64,000 nt of DNA from Sphingobacteriales bacterium (lineage in GTDB: Bacteria; Bacteroidota; Bacteroidia; Sphingobacteriales; Sphingobacteriaceae): positions 24,888 to 88,887 of the forward strand of contig JBBRCI010000002.1 of assembly GCA_038204935.1 (NCBI GenBank), in the 5' to 3' direction. The position numbers were made by a program, and so were the translations under genes. This document shows positions 30,275 to 39,411 of the stretch, in pieces. Position 1 is the first letter of the stretch. Every line of letters starts with the position of its first letter. A model generated the notes under the pieces. The model was given only the letters and a program-made list of their open reading frames with translations. It did no database searches and had not been told where the DNA came from.

Positions 30275-30653
30275 CCCTCTGGTTTAAGAGTTCAGCGCTA
30301 GCGCTCTTAAATCTGAATATATAAATCAGGACTCCGTCCGGCACCATGATATAAAAATAATTTATTGAAATGAAATTACATTAGATTATGTCAAGCAGAT
30401 AACGTTTTTGAGATAATGGCAAACTTAGTTTTGAATCAGAAGGGGAATGCCTGCGGCTTGAAGTTATGTGGGTAAAAGGGCCGGACGGAGTCCTGGTTTT
30501 TCCCTTAAGATTTAAGTGATCCTGCGGAACACTTAAACCAGAAGGGAAGGGGAATGCCTGTGGCTTGAAGTTATGTGGTAAAAGGACCGGACGGAGTCCT
30601 GATTTTTCACTAAAGGTTTAAGTGATCCTGCGGAACACTTAAACCAGAAGGGG
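30275..30653. mobile_element. Non-autonomous REP/MITE-like element with inverted double-hairpin ends
   Basis: One inverted unit at 30275-30345 and two tandem ~107-bp units at 30439-30545 and 30546-30653. All share CCGGACGGAGTCCTG and a TTTAAG...CTTAAACCAG stem-loop. No ORF of note. Confidence 0.6.
30439..30653 (+). repeat. Tandem repeat, 2 x ~107 bp
   Basis: Units start GAAGGGGAATGCCTG at 30439 and 30546 and end GTGATCCTGCGGAACACTTAAACCAGAAGGG. Confidence 0.95.
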
Positions 30654-30673
30654 TTGTTTTTGCCGGATGAAAA

Positions 30674-33478
30674 TTAATGCGCTTCCAGCCAGTTTTCTCC
30701 CTGACCAATTTCTACTAAAATTGGTACATCTAACTTCATGGCATTTTTCATTCGGTTTTCAATAATGGCCCTCATTGGTTCTACCTCAGATCTTAATACA
30801 TCAAACACCAATTCATCATGCACCTGCATGGTCATTTTTGATTGCAGTTTCTGATCTTTGATATCCTGATGAATGCGGATCATGGCCACTTTGATCATGT
30901 CTGCCGCAGAACCCTGGATGGGTGCATTGATCGCATTTCTCTCTGCGAAACCTCTTACGGTTGCGTTTGCCGAATTAATATCACGTAAGTATCGTCGTCT
31001 GCCCATTATGGTTTCTACATATCCGTTTTCGCGGGCAAAATTCATGGTGTTATTCATGTAATTTTTAATTCCCGGATATTGGGTAAAATAATTTTCAATA
31101 ATTTCTGCTGCTTCCTTACGTGGAATAGAAAGACTTTGCGAAAGTCCGAAAGCTGATTGACCATAAATAATACCAAAATTTACAGCTTTGGCATTTCTGC
31201 GCTGTGTAGAATCCACTTCTTCTAAAGGAATGCCATATACTTTGGCAGCGGTTGCCGTGTGGATATCCAATCCCTGTGCAAAAGCTTCCAGCATATTCAT
31301 TTCCTGACTAATTTCCGCTATTAAGCGTAATTCTATCTGAGAATAATCTGCAGAAATAATAATATGATTTTCGTCACGCGGAATAAATGCTCTCCGAACT
31401 TCGCGACCACGTTCTGTGCGGATCGGAATATTTTGCAGATTGGGGTTGTTCGAACTCAGTCTTCCAGTTGAGGCTACAGCTTGATTATAAGATGTATGGA
31501 TGCGGCCTGTTTTTTTATTAATTAAAAGCGGTAAAGCATCAACATAAGTAGATTTTAATTTCTGTAACTGACGGAAATCAAGAATATCTTTTACAATGTC
31601 ACTTTTTCCAGCCAAAGCCGTCAACACATCTTCGCCGGTTTGGTACTGACCCGTTTTTGTTTTTTTAGCTTTCGGATCCAGTTCCAATTTATCAAACAGA
31701 ACTTCACCCAACTGTTTCGGTGAAGCGATATTAAATTTCACACCGGCTTTTTCATAAATGATGCGTTCCAGTTCTTGCAAATCAGTTTTTAAATGTTTAG
31801 AAAATTCTGCTAAAGCTTCCTGATCAACTTTTACGCCTTCGCGTTCCATATCAGAAAGAACATAAATTAATGGATTTTCAACTTCATTGGCTAATTTATC
31901 GGCATTTACACTTTGTAATAAAGGCACAAAAACATCTTTTAACTGAAGCGTGATATCAGCATCTTCAGCCGCATATTCTTTAATTAAATCCAGTTCAACA
32001 TCCCGCATGTTTCCCTGTTTCTTACCTTTATTCCCTATCAGAGAAGTTATGGTTACAGGAGTATAACCCAGATAATTTTCGGCTAACAGATCCATATTAT
32101 GGCGTGAATCGGGATCTAAAAGATAGTGCGCCAGCATCGTGTCAAACAGTTCGCCTTTTACTTGGATATCATACCAGTTTAAAACTAATATATCATACTT
32201 CAGATTTTGGCCCGATTTGGCTATTGCCGGATTTTCGAACAATGTTTTAAACTCATTCATTACTGAAAAGCAATCTGGCTGATCTGCTGATAAAGGAACA
32301 TACCAGGCTTCACCTGCTTTAATTGAAAACGACATTCCAACTAATTCGCAATCGTTAGCATCCAAACATGTTGTTTCTGTATCAAAACAAAAACTTCCAT
32401 TTTTTTCAAGAAGAGTAATTAACTCCTGACGTTTCTCTTTGCTATCCGCCACATGATAATGATGTGGAGTTGTGTTTATGTTTTTTAAAGGTTTTGATTC
32501 AATTTCTACCACTTCGGTTTTCTCGTGCACAGTTGTTGAAGAAGCAGAACTTCCAAACAAATCCATTTGTCCGGAAACAGATGAAGTATTGATCTCAGTT
32601 ACGTTAAATTCATCGCCAAAAACCCGTCTTCCAATGGTCCGGAATTCAAGCTCAGCAAACAACTGTTCTAATATTGGGCGGTTGGGTTCATCAATATGAA
32701 GTGAATCTACATCTAAATCTACCGGAGCATCCAATATTATAGTTGCGAGTTTTTTAGAAACTAATGCTTGTTCAGAGAACTGTTCCACATTTTCTTTAAG
32801 CTTCCCTTTGAGCTCATGGCTGTTTGCGATTATATTTTCAATTGATCCGTAAGTCTTTATCAGAGATTTGGCTGTTTTTTCGCCAACGCCGGGTATGCCG
32901 GGAATGTTATCAACCGCATCGCCCCATAATCCTAAAATATCAATAACCTGATCTACACGTTCAACATCCCATTTCTCTAAAATTTCTTTTACACCCTGAA
33001 TTTCCATTCCGTTGCCCATTCTGGCAGGTTTGTAAATGAAAATATTTTCTGAAACCAATTGTCCAAAATCCTTGTCGGGAGTCATGCAATAGACTGTAAA
33101 ACCTTCTTTTTCCGCTTTTTTAGCTAAAGTTCCAATCAAATCATCTGCCTCATATCCATCCGAAAAAATCACAGGGATATTGAAACCTTCTATAAGCCTG
33201 ACAACATATGGTATCGCGATAGCTAAATCTTCGGGCATGGCTTGCCGGTGAGCTTTGTATGCGCTAAAATCTGCATGCCTTTCGGTTGGGGCATCGGTAT
33301 CAAAAACCACAGCCATGTGCGTTGGATTTTCTTTTTTTAATACTTCTAAAAGGGTATTGGTAAATCCCATAACTGCCGAAGTATTTAAACCACCGGAAGT
33401 AAAGCGGGGATTTTTACTTAAAGCAAAATGTGCACGATAGATTAAAGCGAAAGCATCAAGAAGGAAGAGTTTTTTCAT
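30674..33478 (-). CDS. polA: DNA polymerase I
   Basis: 5'-3' exonuclease (LLDAFALIYRAHF, YEADD, GDAVDNIPG), 3'-5' exonuclease (FDTET, NLKYD, YAAED), polymerase motifs DYSQIELR, RRNAKAVNFGIIYG and QVHDEL. Confidence 0.98.
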   Translation of the reverse strand: MKKLFLLDAFALIYRAHFALSKNPRFTSGGLNTSAVMGFTNTLLEVLKKENPTHMAVVFDTDAPTERHADFSAYKAHRQAMPEDLAIAIPYVVRLIEGFNIPVIFSDGYEADDLIGTLAKKAEKEGFTVYCMTPDKDFGQLVSENIFIYKPARMGNGMEIQGVKEILEKWDVERVDQVIDILGLWGDAVDNIPGIPGVGEKTAKSLIKTYGSIENIIANSHELKGKLKENVEQFSEQALVSKKLATIILDAPVDLDVDSLHIDEPNRPILEQLFAELEFRTIGRRVFGDEFNVTEINTSSVSGQMDLFGSSASSTTVHEKTEVVEIESKPLKNINTTPHHYHVADSKEKRQELITLLEKNGSFCFDTETTCLDANDCELVGMSFSIKAGEAWYVPLSADQPDCFSVMNEFKTLFENPAIAKSGQNLKYDILVLNWYDIQVKGELFDTMLAHYLLDPDSRHNMDLLAENYLGYTPVTITSLIGNKGKKQGNMRDVELDLIKEYAAEDADITLQLKDVFVPLLQSVNADKLANEVENPLIYVLSDMEREGVKVDQEALAEFSKHLKTDLQELERIIYEKAGVKFNIASPKQLGEVLFDKLELDPKAKKTKTGQYQTGEDVLTALAGKSDIVKDILDFRQLQKLKSTYVDALPLLINKKTGRIHTSYNQAVASTGRLSSNNPNLQNIPIRTERGREVRRAFIPRDENHIIISADYSQIELRLIAEISQEMNMLEAFAQGLDIHTATAAKVYGIPLEEVDSTQRRNAKAVNFGIIYGQSAFGLSQSLSIPRKEAAEIIENYFTQYPGIKNYMNNTMNFARENGYVETIMGRRRYLRDINSANATVRGFAERNAINAPIQGSAADMIKVAMIRIHQDIKDQKLQSKMTMQVHDELVFDVLRSEVEPMRAIIENRMKNAMKLDVPILVEIGQGENWLEAH

Positions 33479-33558
33479 TATTCTGTTGGTCCGGATTTTT
33501 GACCCGGGTTTTCAAATTTAATAAGATATGAACGGTTTGCCCAATGAATTAAAAAGTA

Positions 33559-34134
33559 CTATCGGGAAATACAATCAATTATATGGTCGTTGATCATTCC
33601 GGTTGCCTGCATATGCGCATAACAAATGGTGGTTCCAAAAAATTTAAAGCCTCGTTTTTTAAGATCAGAGCTAATTTTATCAGATATTTCTGTTCGGGCA
33701 GGGGCATTTTTATGATCCTCCCAATTATTTACAATGGGTTTTTTGTTGGGAAGATAAGACCACATAAATTCGCAGAAGCTGCCAAATTCTTTCTGAATCT
33801 CAATAAATAGTTTTGCATTATTTATGGCAGCCATAATTTTTTGACGATTTCTAATAATTCCGGAATTGAGCATCAGACGTTCCACATCATTTTCAGTAAA
33901 AGCCGCTACTTTTTCTACATCAAAATCAGCGAAAGCTTCACGATAATTTTCGCGTTTACGCAAAACAGTAATCCAGCTAAGTCCGGCCTGAGCGCTTTCC
34001 AAAACTAAAAACTCAAACATCACTTTATCATCGTTTACAGTTTTTCCCCATTCTTCATCATGATATTTAACATATAGCGGATCGGTACCGCACCAGGCGC
34101 AACGTTTAGCAGAATTTTCCTGACTAATTTCCAT
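33559..34134 (-). CDS. tag: DNA-3-methyladenine glycosylase I
   Basis: RCAW, YHDEEWG, LESAQAGLSW, IIRNRQKI, FKFFGTTICYAHMQATG and NDH...C. Confidence 0.95.
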   Translation of the reverse strand: MEISQENSAKRCAWCGTDPLYVKYHDEEWGKTVNDDKVMFEFLVLESAQAGLSWITVLRKRENYREAFADFDVEKVAAFTENDVERLMLNSGIIRNRQKIMAAINNAKLFIEIQKEFGSFCEFMWSYLPNKKPIVNNWEDHKNAPARTEISDKISSDLKKRGFKFFGTTICYAHMQATGMINDHIIDCISR

Positions 34135-34139
34135 GGAAT

Positions 34140-34484
34140 TTATTGCTGATTTAACTCATCCCAGTACTCAACCGCTCTGCGGTAATGTGGAATTACAATG
34201 GAACCGCCTACTAAATTGGCGATCATAAAAATTTCATTTATTTCAGTATTATTTACACCAGATTCATGGCATTTACCTAAATGATATTTAATACAATCGT
34301 CGCAGCGTAAAACCATGGAAGCTACAAGGCCAAGCATTTCTTTGGTTTTAACATCCAGAGCACCATCTGCATAAGTTGTGGTATCAAGAGCAAAAAACCG
34401 CTTAATATTGGTATTTGCGCTCTCCATAATCCGACCGTTCATTTTTGTGCGGTAATCATTAAACTCCTCTATTAACTTGCTCAT
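34140..34484 (-). CDS. Carboxymuconolactone decarboxylase / AhpD-like protein
   Basis: GALDVKTKEMLGLVAS, RCDDCIKYH (CxxC) and VGGSIVIPH. Confidence 0.85.
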   Translation of the reverse strand: MSKLIEEFNDYRTKMNGRIMESANTNIKRFFALDTTTYADGALDVKTKEMLGLVASMVLRCDDCIKYHLGKCHESGVNNTEINEIFMIANLVGGSIVIPHYRRAVEYWDELNQQ

Positions 34485-34579
34485 TATTTTTTAAACTAAT
34501 TAAATATTTTCTGTGTTTACTTAATGTAAATCTATAAATGATTTTTTGCGTACATTCTATTAAATTTAAAAATGACGAT

Positions 34580-34930
34580 ATGAAAATAATAGCACCCAGA
34601 GTACATGGATTTATTGATTACATTTTAGTTGTATTTCTTTTATTGAGTCCTACGCTTTTTGGGATGACTGGCCTGCTGGCAAACTTAACGTATGCTTTGG
34701 GTGCAGTTCATTTATTACTAACCATTTTCACTGCGTTTTCTTTAGGACTAATTAAAATAGTTCCATTTCCAATACATGGATTGATTGAACTTGTTGTCGG
34801 AATTGCGTTAATAATTTGTGCTTTTACCTTGTTTAGAACGGAAACTTTCGGGCATTTTTATTATGCCGGTTTAGGAATTGTCATTCTACTGGTTTGGTTA
34901 TTAACCGATTATAATAATAAGGAAGTTTAA
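34580..34930 (+). CDS. SPW-repeat-like membrane protein
   Basis: HGFIDY, LLSPTLFG, PFPIHGLIE and WLLTDY; four hydrophobic helices. ATG 34580. Confidence 0.65.
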   Translation: MKIIAPRVHGFIDYILVVFLLLSPTLFGMTGLLANLTYALGAVHLLLTIFTAFSLGLIKIVPFPIHGLIELVVGIALIICAFTLFRTETFGHFYYAGLGIVILLVWLLTDYNNKEV

Positions 34931-35259
34931 AGAAGTTCAGCAGTTGGGTCCCAGAAAAGATTTTTAAAGTCGACAACTTTATCGTTCTCGACTTTAATTC
35001 CTTCATTATTTAAAAGTTGTTCCATTAGATCCGGAGAACCGAAATGAAATTTCCCGCTTAACAAACCCATTCTGTTTACTACCCTGTGTGCCGGAACCTG
35101 TGGCGAAGCGGTATGAGAATTATTCATAGCATAACCCACCATTCTGGAAGAGCCTTTAGATCCCAGATATGCGGCAATTGCTCCGTATGATGTCACCCGG
35201 CCGTAAGGAATTAGCCTAACAACTTGGTGTACCTGATCATAAAAGGAATCTTTATCCAT
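34927..35259 (-). CDS. Alkyltransferase-like (ATL/MGMT family) protein
   Basis: IPYGRVTSYGAIA and RMVGYAM. VPAHRVVN has Ala in place of the catalytic Cys of PCHR. Confidence 0.9.
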   Translation of the reverse strand: MDKDSFYDQVHQVVRLIPYGRVTSYGAIAAYLGSKGSSRMVGYAMNNSHTASPQVPAHRVVNRMGLLSGKFHFGSPDLMEQLLNNEGIKVENDKVVDFKNLFWDPTAELL

Positions 35260-35260
35260 C

Positions 35261-35908
35261 TTAAAAGCTAAACTTGAGGTAGTTTATATTTTTATCTGTT
35301 GCCAGATATTTTTTCTCATAATAAGTTTTTATAGATAAAACCTCATCGGCAAAGTCTGATTTGTATAAGTCTTCTGTTCTTACAAATAGTTGAAGTCCCA
35401 ATTCTGCTATTTTTTCATGCGTATACGCATGCAGAGTATCATTATCGGTTTTTAAATGCATTATTCCATTTGGCTTCAAAATGATTTTGTACATATCGAG
35501 AAAACGAGATGAAGTTAATCTTTTTTTCTCCCGACTAATTTGTGGTTGCGGGTCAGGAAATGTTATCCAGATTTCTGAAATTTCAGCTTCCGCAAAATAT
35601 TCTAAAATATGTTCGATCTGAATTCTTAGAAAGGCAACATTCGGTATATTTTCTTCCAGAGCCGTTTTAGCTCCCCGCCATATTCTATTGCCCTTATAAT
35701 CTATCCCAATAAAATTCTTTTCAGGAAACATTTTAGCCAGGTTTACTGTGTATTCTCCCTTGCCGCAGGCTAATTCCAAAACCAGAGGTTTTTGATTTGA
35801 AAACTGTTTTTGGCTCCAATTCCCTTTTAATGTTTTACCCTCTTCAAGTTCATGTACATTATTAAATGATGCAATCTCTGAATAGCGGCGTAATTTATCC
35901 TTGCCCAT
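35261..35908 (-). CDS. trmB: tRNA (guanine-N7)-methyltransferase
   Basis: [35 protein letters not shown] and TYYEKK. Confidence 0.95.
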   Translation of the reverse strand: MGKDKLRRYSEIASFNNVHELEEGKTLKGNWSQKQFSNQKPLVLELACGKGEYTVNLAKMFPEKNFIGIDYKGNRIWRGAKTALEENIPNVAFLRIQIEHILEYFAEAEISEIWITFPDPQPQISREKKRLTSSRFLDMYKIILKPNGIMHLKTDNDTLHAYTHEKIAELGLQLFVRTEDLYKSDFADEVLSIKTYYEKKYLATDKNINYLKFSF

Positions 35909-35966
35909 GCTTCTTCCTTATGCCTGCAAAAATAGTTTTATATTTGCCACTCAACAAAGAAACGAA

Positions 35967-36896
35967 GTGGAAAAAAATTCAAAAATATATATTGCCGGTC
36001 ACCGTGGAATGGTAGGTTCTGCCATTTATCGTAAACTGCAAAAAGAAGGTTTTACAAATTTAATAACTCGTACATCTAAAGAACTTGATCTAAGAAATCA
36101 ACAACAAGTAATTGAATTTTTTGAAACTGAAAAACCTGAATATGTGTTTCTTGCTGCTGCGAAAGTTGGTGGAATTGTAGCCAATAATACGTATCGTGCA
36201 GATTTTTTGTATGAAAACCTTGCCATTCAAAATAACGTTATTCATAATTCATATTTGAACGGCGTTAAAAAACTGATGTTTTTAGGATCCAGTTGCATAT
36301 ATCCAAAACTGGCTTCACAACCACTAAAGGAAGAGTATCTGTTAACAGGATTATTGGAACCAACTAATGAGCCTTATGCTATCGCAAAAATTGCAGGTAT
36401 TAAAATGTGTGATGCCTATCGTGAGCAGTATAATTGCAATTTTATATCTGTAATGCCTACAAACCTTTATGGATATAATGATAATTATCATCCGCAAAAC
36501 TCGCATGTTTTACCTGCTTTGATCCGTAAATTTCATGAAGCAAAAGTTGGAGATTTAGATACTGTAACAGTTTGGGGATCAGGAACACCTAAAAGAGAAT
36601 TTTTATTTGCTGATGATTTAGCCGATGCCTGCTTTTTTTTGATGCAAACATACAATGAGCCCAACCTTATTAATATTGGAACAGGCGAAGACGTAACTAT
36701 CAAAGAACTTGCTTTAGCTATTCAAAAAGCGGTTGGCTTTGAGGGTGATTTAGTTTTTGACTCCACAAAACCTGACGGAACTCCACGTAAATTAATGGAT
36801 GTTTCAAAGCTTCATTCAAAAGGCTGGAAACATACTATTGAATTAGAAGATGGAATTAAGCTGGCTTACCAGGATTTTCTAAAAAATAATTCATAA
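35967..36896 (+). CDS. fcl: GDP-L-fucose synthase
   Basis: [33 protein letters not shown] and [12 protein letters not shown] 35967 follows a TATATTTG -7 box at 35939-35946. Confidence 0.95.
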   Translation: MEKNSKIYIAGHRGMVGSAIYRKLQKEGFTNLITRTSKELDLRNQQQVIEFFETEKPEYVFLAAAKVGGIVANNTYRADFLYENLAIQNNVIHNSYLNGVKKLMFLGSSCIYPKLASQPLKEEYLLTGLLEPTNEPYAIAKIAGIKMCDAYREQYNCNFISVMPTNLYGYNDNYHPQNSHVLPALIRKFHEAKVGDLDTVTVWGSGTPKREFLFADDLADACFFLMQTYNEPNLINIGTGEDVTIKELALAIQKAVGFEGDLVFDSTKPDGTPRKLMDVSKLHSKGWKHTIELEDGIKLAYQDFLKNNS

Positions 36897-36937
36897 AAAT
36901 GCCCCCAGTAAGTGTCTAACTTTTGGGGGGCGCTCTA
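36892..36937 (-). mobile_element. Solo IS3-family-like terminal inverted repeat remnant, also a GC hairpin
   Basis: Minus strand TAGAGCGCCCCCCAAAAGTTAGACACTTACTGGGGGCATTTTTATG. The CCCCAAAAGTTAGACA core resembles IS150-group IS3 ends as I recall them. No transposase nearby. Confidence 0.5.
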
Positions 36938-36954
36938 TTTACGGGCTTATTCTT

Positions 36955-37416
36955 TTAATAGGTTTCGCTGTCGGGCGGAATGCCGTAATCGAAATTCTTT
37001 CCTTTTTTAGCTTTGGTCTTTGCTGCAGTTCCACGGATCCAGTCAGCGGCGTTATCTATCCAATGAGAAATAACATCTTTATTAACGTTAGTGGCAGCTT
37101 TTTGGGAAACTAAAGCAACTACTGATTTAACTAAAAATCCGGCACGACCGAAAACCATTTTATTTAACAAAACGGGTAATCCAATTCTAAATGCATTTGT
37201 AACCCAATCATGTTCGGGTTCAGCACTGTTTGAATTAGATTTTTCATGATCACCAAACCAGGAACTAACTTTGTGAAGTAATAAAGAAGGAATTCTGAAC
37301 TTATCAGTTATTTTTTGAATATCCTGCTCAATAGCAGCTTCATGGTGGAATTTCTGAAGCTTCAAACGAAGTATTTCTGTACGCAAATCTTCAGTATTTT
37401 CAATCCTGCTTTTCAT
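36955..37416 (-). CDS. Conserved hypothetical protein (third gene of a YtxH/holin-like triad)
   Basis: N-terminal amphipathic helix (DLRTEILRLK), a hydrophobic C-terminal segment and a DYGIPPDSETY tail. Overlaps the upstream gene. Confidence 0.7.
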   Translation of the reverse strand: MKSRIENTEDLRTEILRLKLQKFHHEAAIEQDIQKITDKFRIPSLLLHKVSSWFGDHEKSNSNSAEPEHDWVTNAFRIGLPVLLNKMVFGRAGFLVKSVVALVSQKAATNVNKDVISHWIDNAADWIRGTAAKTKAKKGKNFDYGIPPDSETY

Positions 37417-37771
37417 ATATACTTTCGTTTCTTTCTTTTAACATTGACTTGATTATTTTATTGGCCAGTGGACGTTCGATACTATTCTTTTTAATGATCA
37501 TAACAATCACAACTAAAAGAATGTAAACTCCGGTGATTATAAAAAATCCGGCATACGTATTTCCAATCAGTTCGCCGAGGTAGAAACCAAGGCCCATGCT
37601 TCCAAAGAAGAAAATCATCAGACCCAGAAAAACCAAAATTGCCCCTGAAACAATTCCCCCAACTGCACCGGAAGCTTTATCAGCAATCATTAACATTGCC
37701 AAATCCTTGCGGATTTGTAAATACTCTTTAATTTTACCGACAAGTCCGGGTTCTTCTTCCTGTTCTTTCAT
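37400..37771 (-). CDS. Phage-holin-like (YqjE-type) two-TM membrane protein
   Basis: KIKEY, two TM helices, LGFYLGELIG and YAGFFIITGVY. Confidence 0.75.
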   Translation of the reverse strand: MKEQEEEPGLVGKIKEYLQIRKDLAMLMIADKASGAVGGIVSGAILVFLGLMIFFFGSMGLGFYLGELIGNTYAGFFIITGVYILLVVIVMIIKKNSIERPLANKIIKSMLKERNESIYEKQD

Positions 37772-37794
37772 ATAAAATTCTTACCGATTTTTAC

Positions 37795-38115
37795 TTATGC
37801 CTGATTGAATGAGTTTTCTGCGCTATCAGAAGCTTTGTTGTAAGCTGTTTTAGCTTTACTCGCAACATTGTCTGCTTCTTCTTCAGCAGAAGAAAATTTA
37901 GATTTTACGTTAGAAACTACTTTATCTTTTAAATGTGATAAGTTGCTTAATTCGTCAGATGTTCTGTCTTTAATACTATCTGCAAGATTTTTTAAAGAGT
38001 CGTTTAATTTATCTCTTGTATCAGATCCTTTTTCTGGTGCAAATAAAATTCCTACAGCTACACCAGCTGCTAATCCTGCCAAAAGTGCAGCTAAAGTTTT
38101 TGAGTTATCATTCAT
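37795..38115 (-). CDS. YtxH domain protein
   Basis: [24 protein letters not shown] signature followed by a K/D/S-rich amphipathic tail. Confidence 0.9.
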   Translation of the reverse strand: MNDNSKTLAALLAGLAAGVAVGILFAPEKGSDTRDKLNDSLKNLADSIKDRTSDELSNLSHLKDKVVSNVKSKFSSAEEEADNVASKAKTAYNKASDSAENSFNQA

Positions 38116-38194
38116 GGTATTATTCTTTAAATAGGTTTAAATTCATCTGTTTAATTAATATACTATACAAATCAAATCCGCAAACTGTTTTTAG

Positions 38195-39238
38195 TTATTC
38201 ATCTTCCTCTAGTTTTATCTTCTCTAAACGCTCTGAAGCAAGCTTGCTGGTTTCGTAAATCCGGATGGTTAAAATGAAATAGGAAAGTAAAATTGGTCCG
38301 AATACCAAACCCATAATTCCAAAAATTGGAATACCAATTAAAACTCCAATCACAGTGATGATCGGATGTGTATCAGATACCTTTTTAGCTATCATAAGCC
38401 TGATTACATTGTCAATATTTGTTATCACGATAAATCCAACCAATAATATGCCCCAGCCTGAAGTAGCATTTCCATTGGCAAGTTCTATAATGGCCGCTGG
38501 AACAAAAATGATTGGGGCTCCTACAACCGGAAGAAATGATAAAAAGGTTGCTATCACCCCCCAAAAAATTGGATCATTAATACCGAAAATAAAGAACATT
38601 AAACTAACCAGAGCTCCCTGCACTATAGCGATAAAACCTTGTCCCAAAACATTGGAATAAGTTGTATTTCTTAATTCAGTAGCAAATTTTAATGCATTCT
38701 GCTCTCTGAAAGGTGCATATTTCAGCAATCCTTTTTCAAAGGATTCCATCTGTACAAACATGAAATAAAGGAGAAAATACATTACAACCAAACCCAGGAA
38801 TATATTTGCCGCACCACCTAACACAGATGGGAAAAGCTCACCGGCAAAATCAGTTGCTTTTTGAATTCCTTTATCTACCAGATCCGGCTGGTTAAATCTG
38901 GATCCTACAAAATCATCTATTTGAGAAATGATGACCTTAATTTTCATCGGGTCGCGGTTAAATTCCGACACCTTTTTGATCACCATAAAACTAAGCGTCA
39001 GAAATGGGACGACAATTACTATTAATGATGAAATAATTATTAAAACAGCAGCAAGCCATTTTTTTAAATTCCAGCGATTAATCAGGTGAAGATAAACCGG
39101 GCGTAGAATAGTATATAATACAATTGTGCTTAATATAGAACCGGCAATTGTTCGCAAAGAATAAATTACAAAGCAACCCAGTAAAATTAGAATAGCAAGT
39201 ACAATGGTGTTGCGTTGCTTGTAACTATATATAGACAT
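38195..39238 (-). CDS. AI-2E family transporter
   Basis: Multi-TM protein with LYTILRP, FLPVVGAP, NIDNVIR, HPIITVIG and GLVFGP. Confidence 0.9.
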   Translation of the reverse strand: MSIYSYKQRNTIVLAILILLGCFVIYSLRTIAGSILSTIVLYTILRPVYLHLINRWNLKKWLAAVLIIISSLIVIVVPFLTLSFMVIKKVSEFNRDPMKIKVIISQIDDFVGSRFNQPDLVDKGIQKATDFAGELFPSVLGGAANIFLGLVVMYFLLYFMFVQMESFEKGLLKYAPFREQNALKFATELRNTTYSNVLGQGFIAIVQGALVSLMFFIFGINDPIFWGVIATFLSFLPVVGAPIIFVPAAIIELANGNATSGWGILLVGFIVITNIDNVIRLMIAKKVSDTHPIITVIGVLIGIPIFGIMGLVFGPILLSYFILTIRIYETSKLASERLEKIKLEEDE

Positions 39239-39290
39239 ATAAACTCATTAGGATTTGTGATTGCAGGTTTAGTTTGATGGGGAGGCCGTA

Positions 39291-39306
39291 GCTACCATCA
39301 TGCCAA
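39291..39306 (-). promoter_or_regulatory. Putative sigma-54 (-24/-12) promoter of the AI-2E gene
   Basis: Minus strand TTGGCATGATGGTAGC (GG-N10-GC), 53 nt upstream of the ATG and directly downstream of a sigma-54 activator gene. Confidence 0.65.
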
Positions 39307-39411
39307 TTTATTAAAATCCTAATGAGAATGGAAAGATTGATTGAGTTTAGTAAAATTTATTTATAAACGTTTACTAAGTAACTTTTAAAGGATTTTTATA
39401 AACAAAATATC

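Noticed and set aside
30207-30347. 46-codon minus-strand ORF (MVPDGVLIYIFRFK...) crossing the inverted repeat unit and the polA copy
   Set aside because: It is built entirely from repeat sequence, out of frame with polA, and has no recognisable protein features; probably incidental.
30439-30653. Possible CRISPR array
   Set aside because: Only two ~107-bp near-identical units with no unique spacers and no cas genes.
35967-36896. fcl without an adjacent gmd as a sign of a broken polysaccharide locus
   Set aside because: No flanking glycosyltransferase remnants; gmd may simply be elsewhere, which cannot be judged from this window.
37400-37771. Holin-like gene as a sign of a prophage
   Set aside because: No phage genes nearby; the context with YtxH fits a cellular stress triad.
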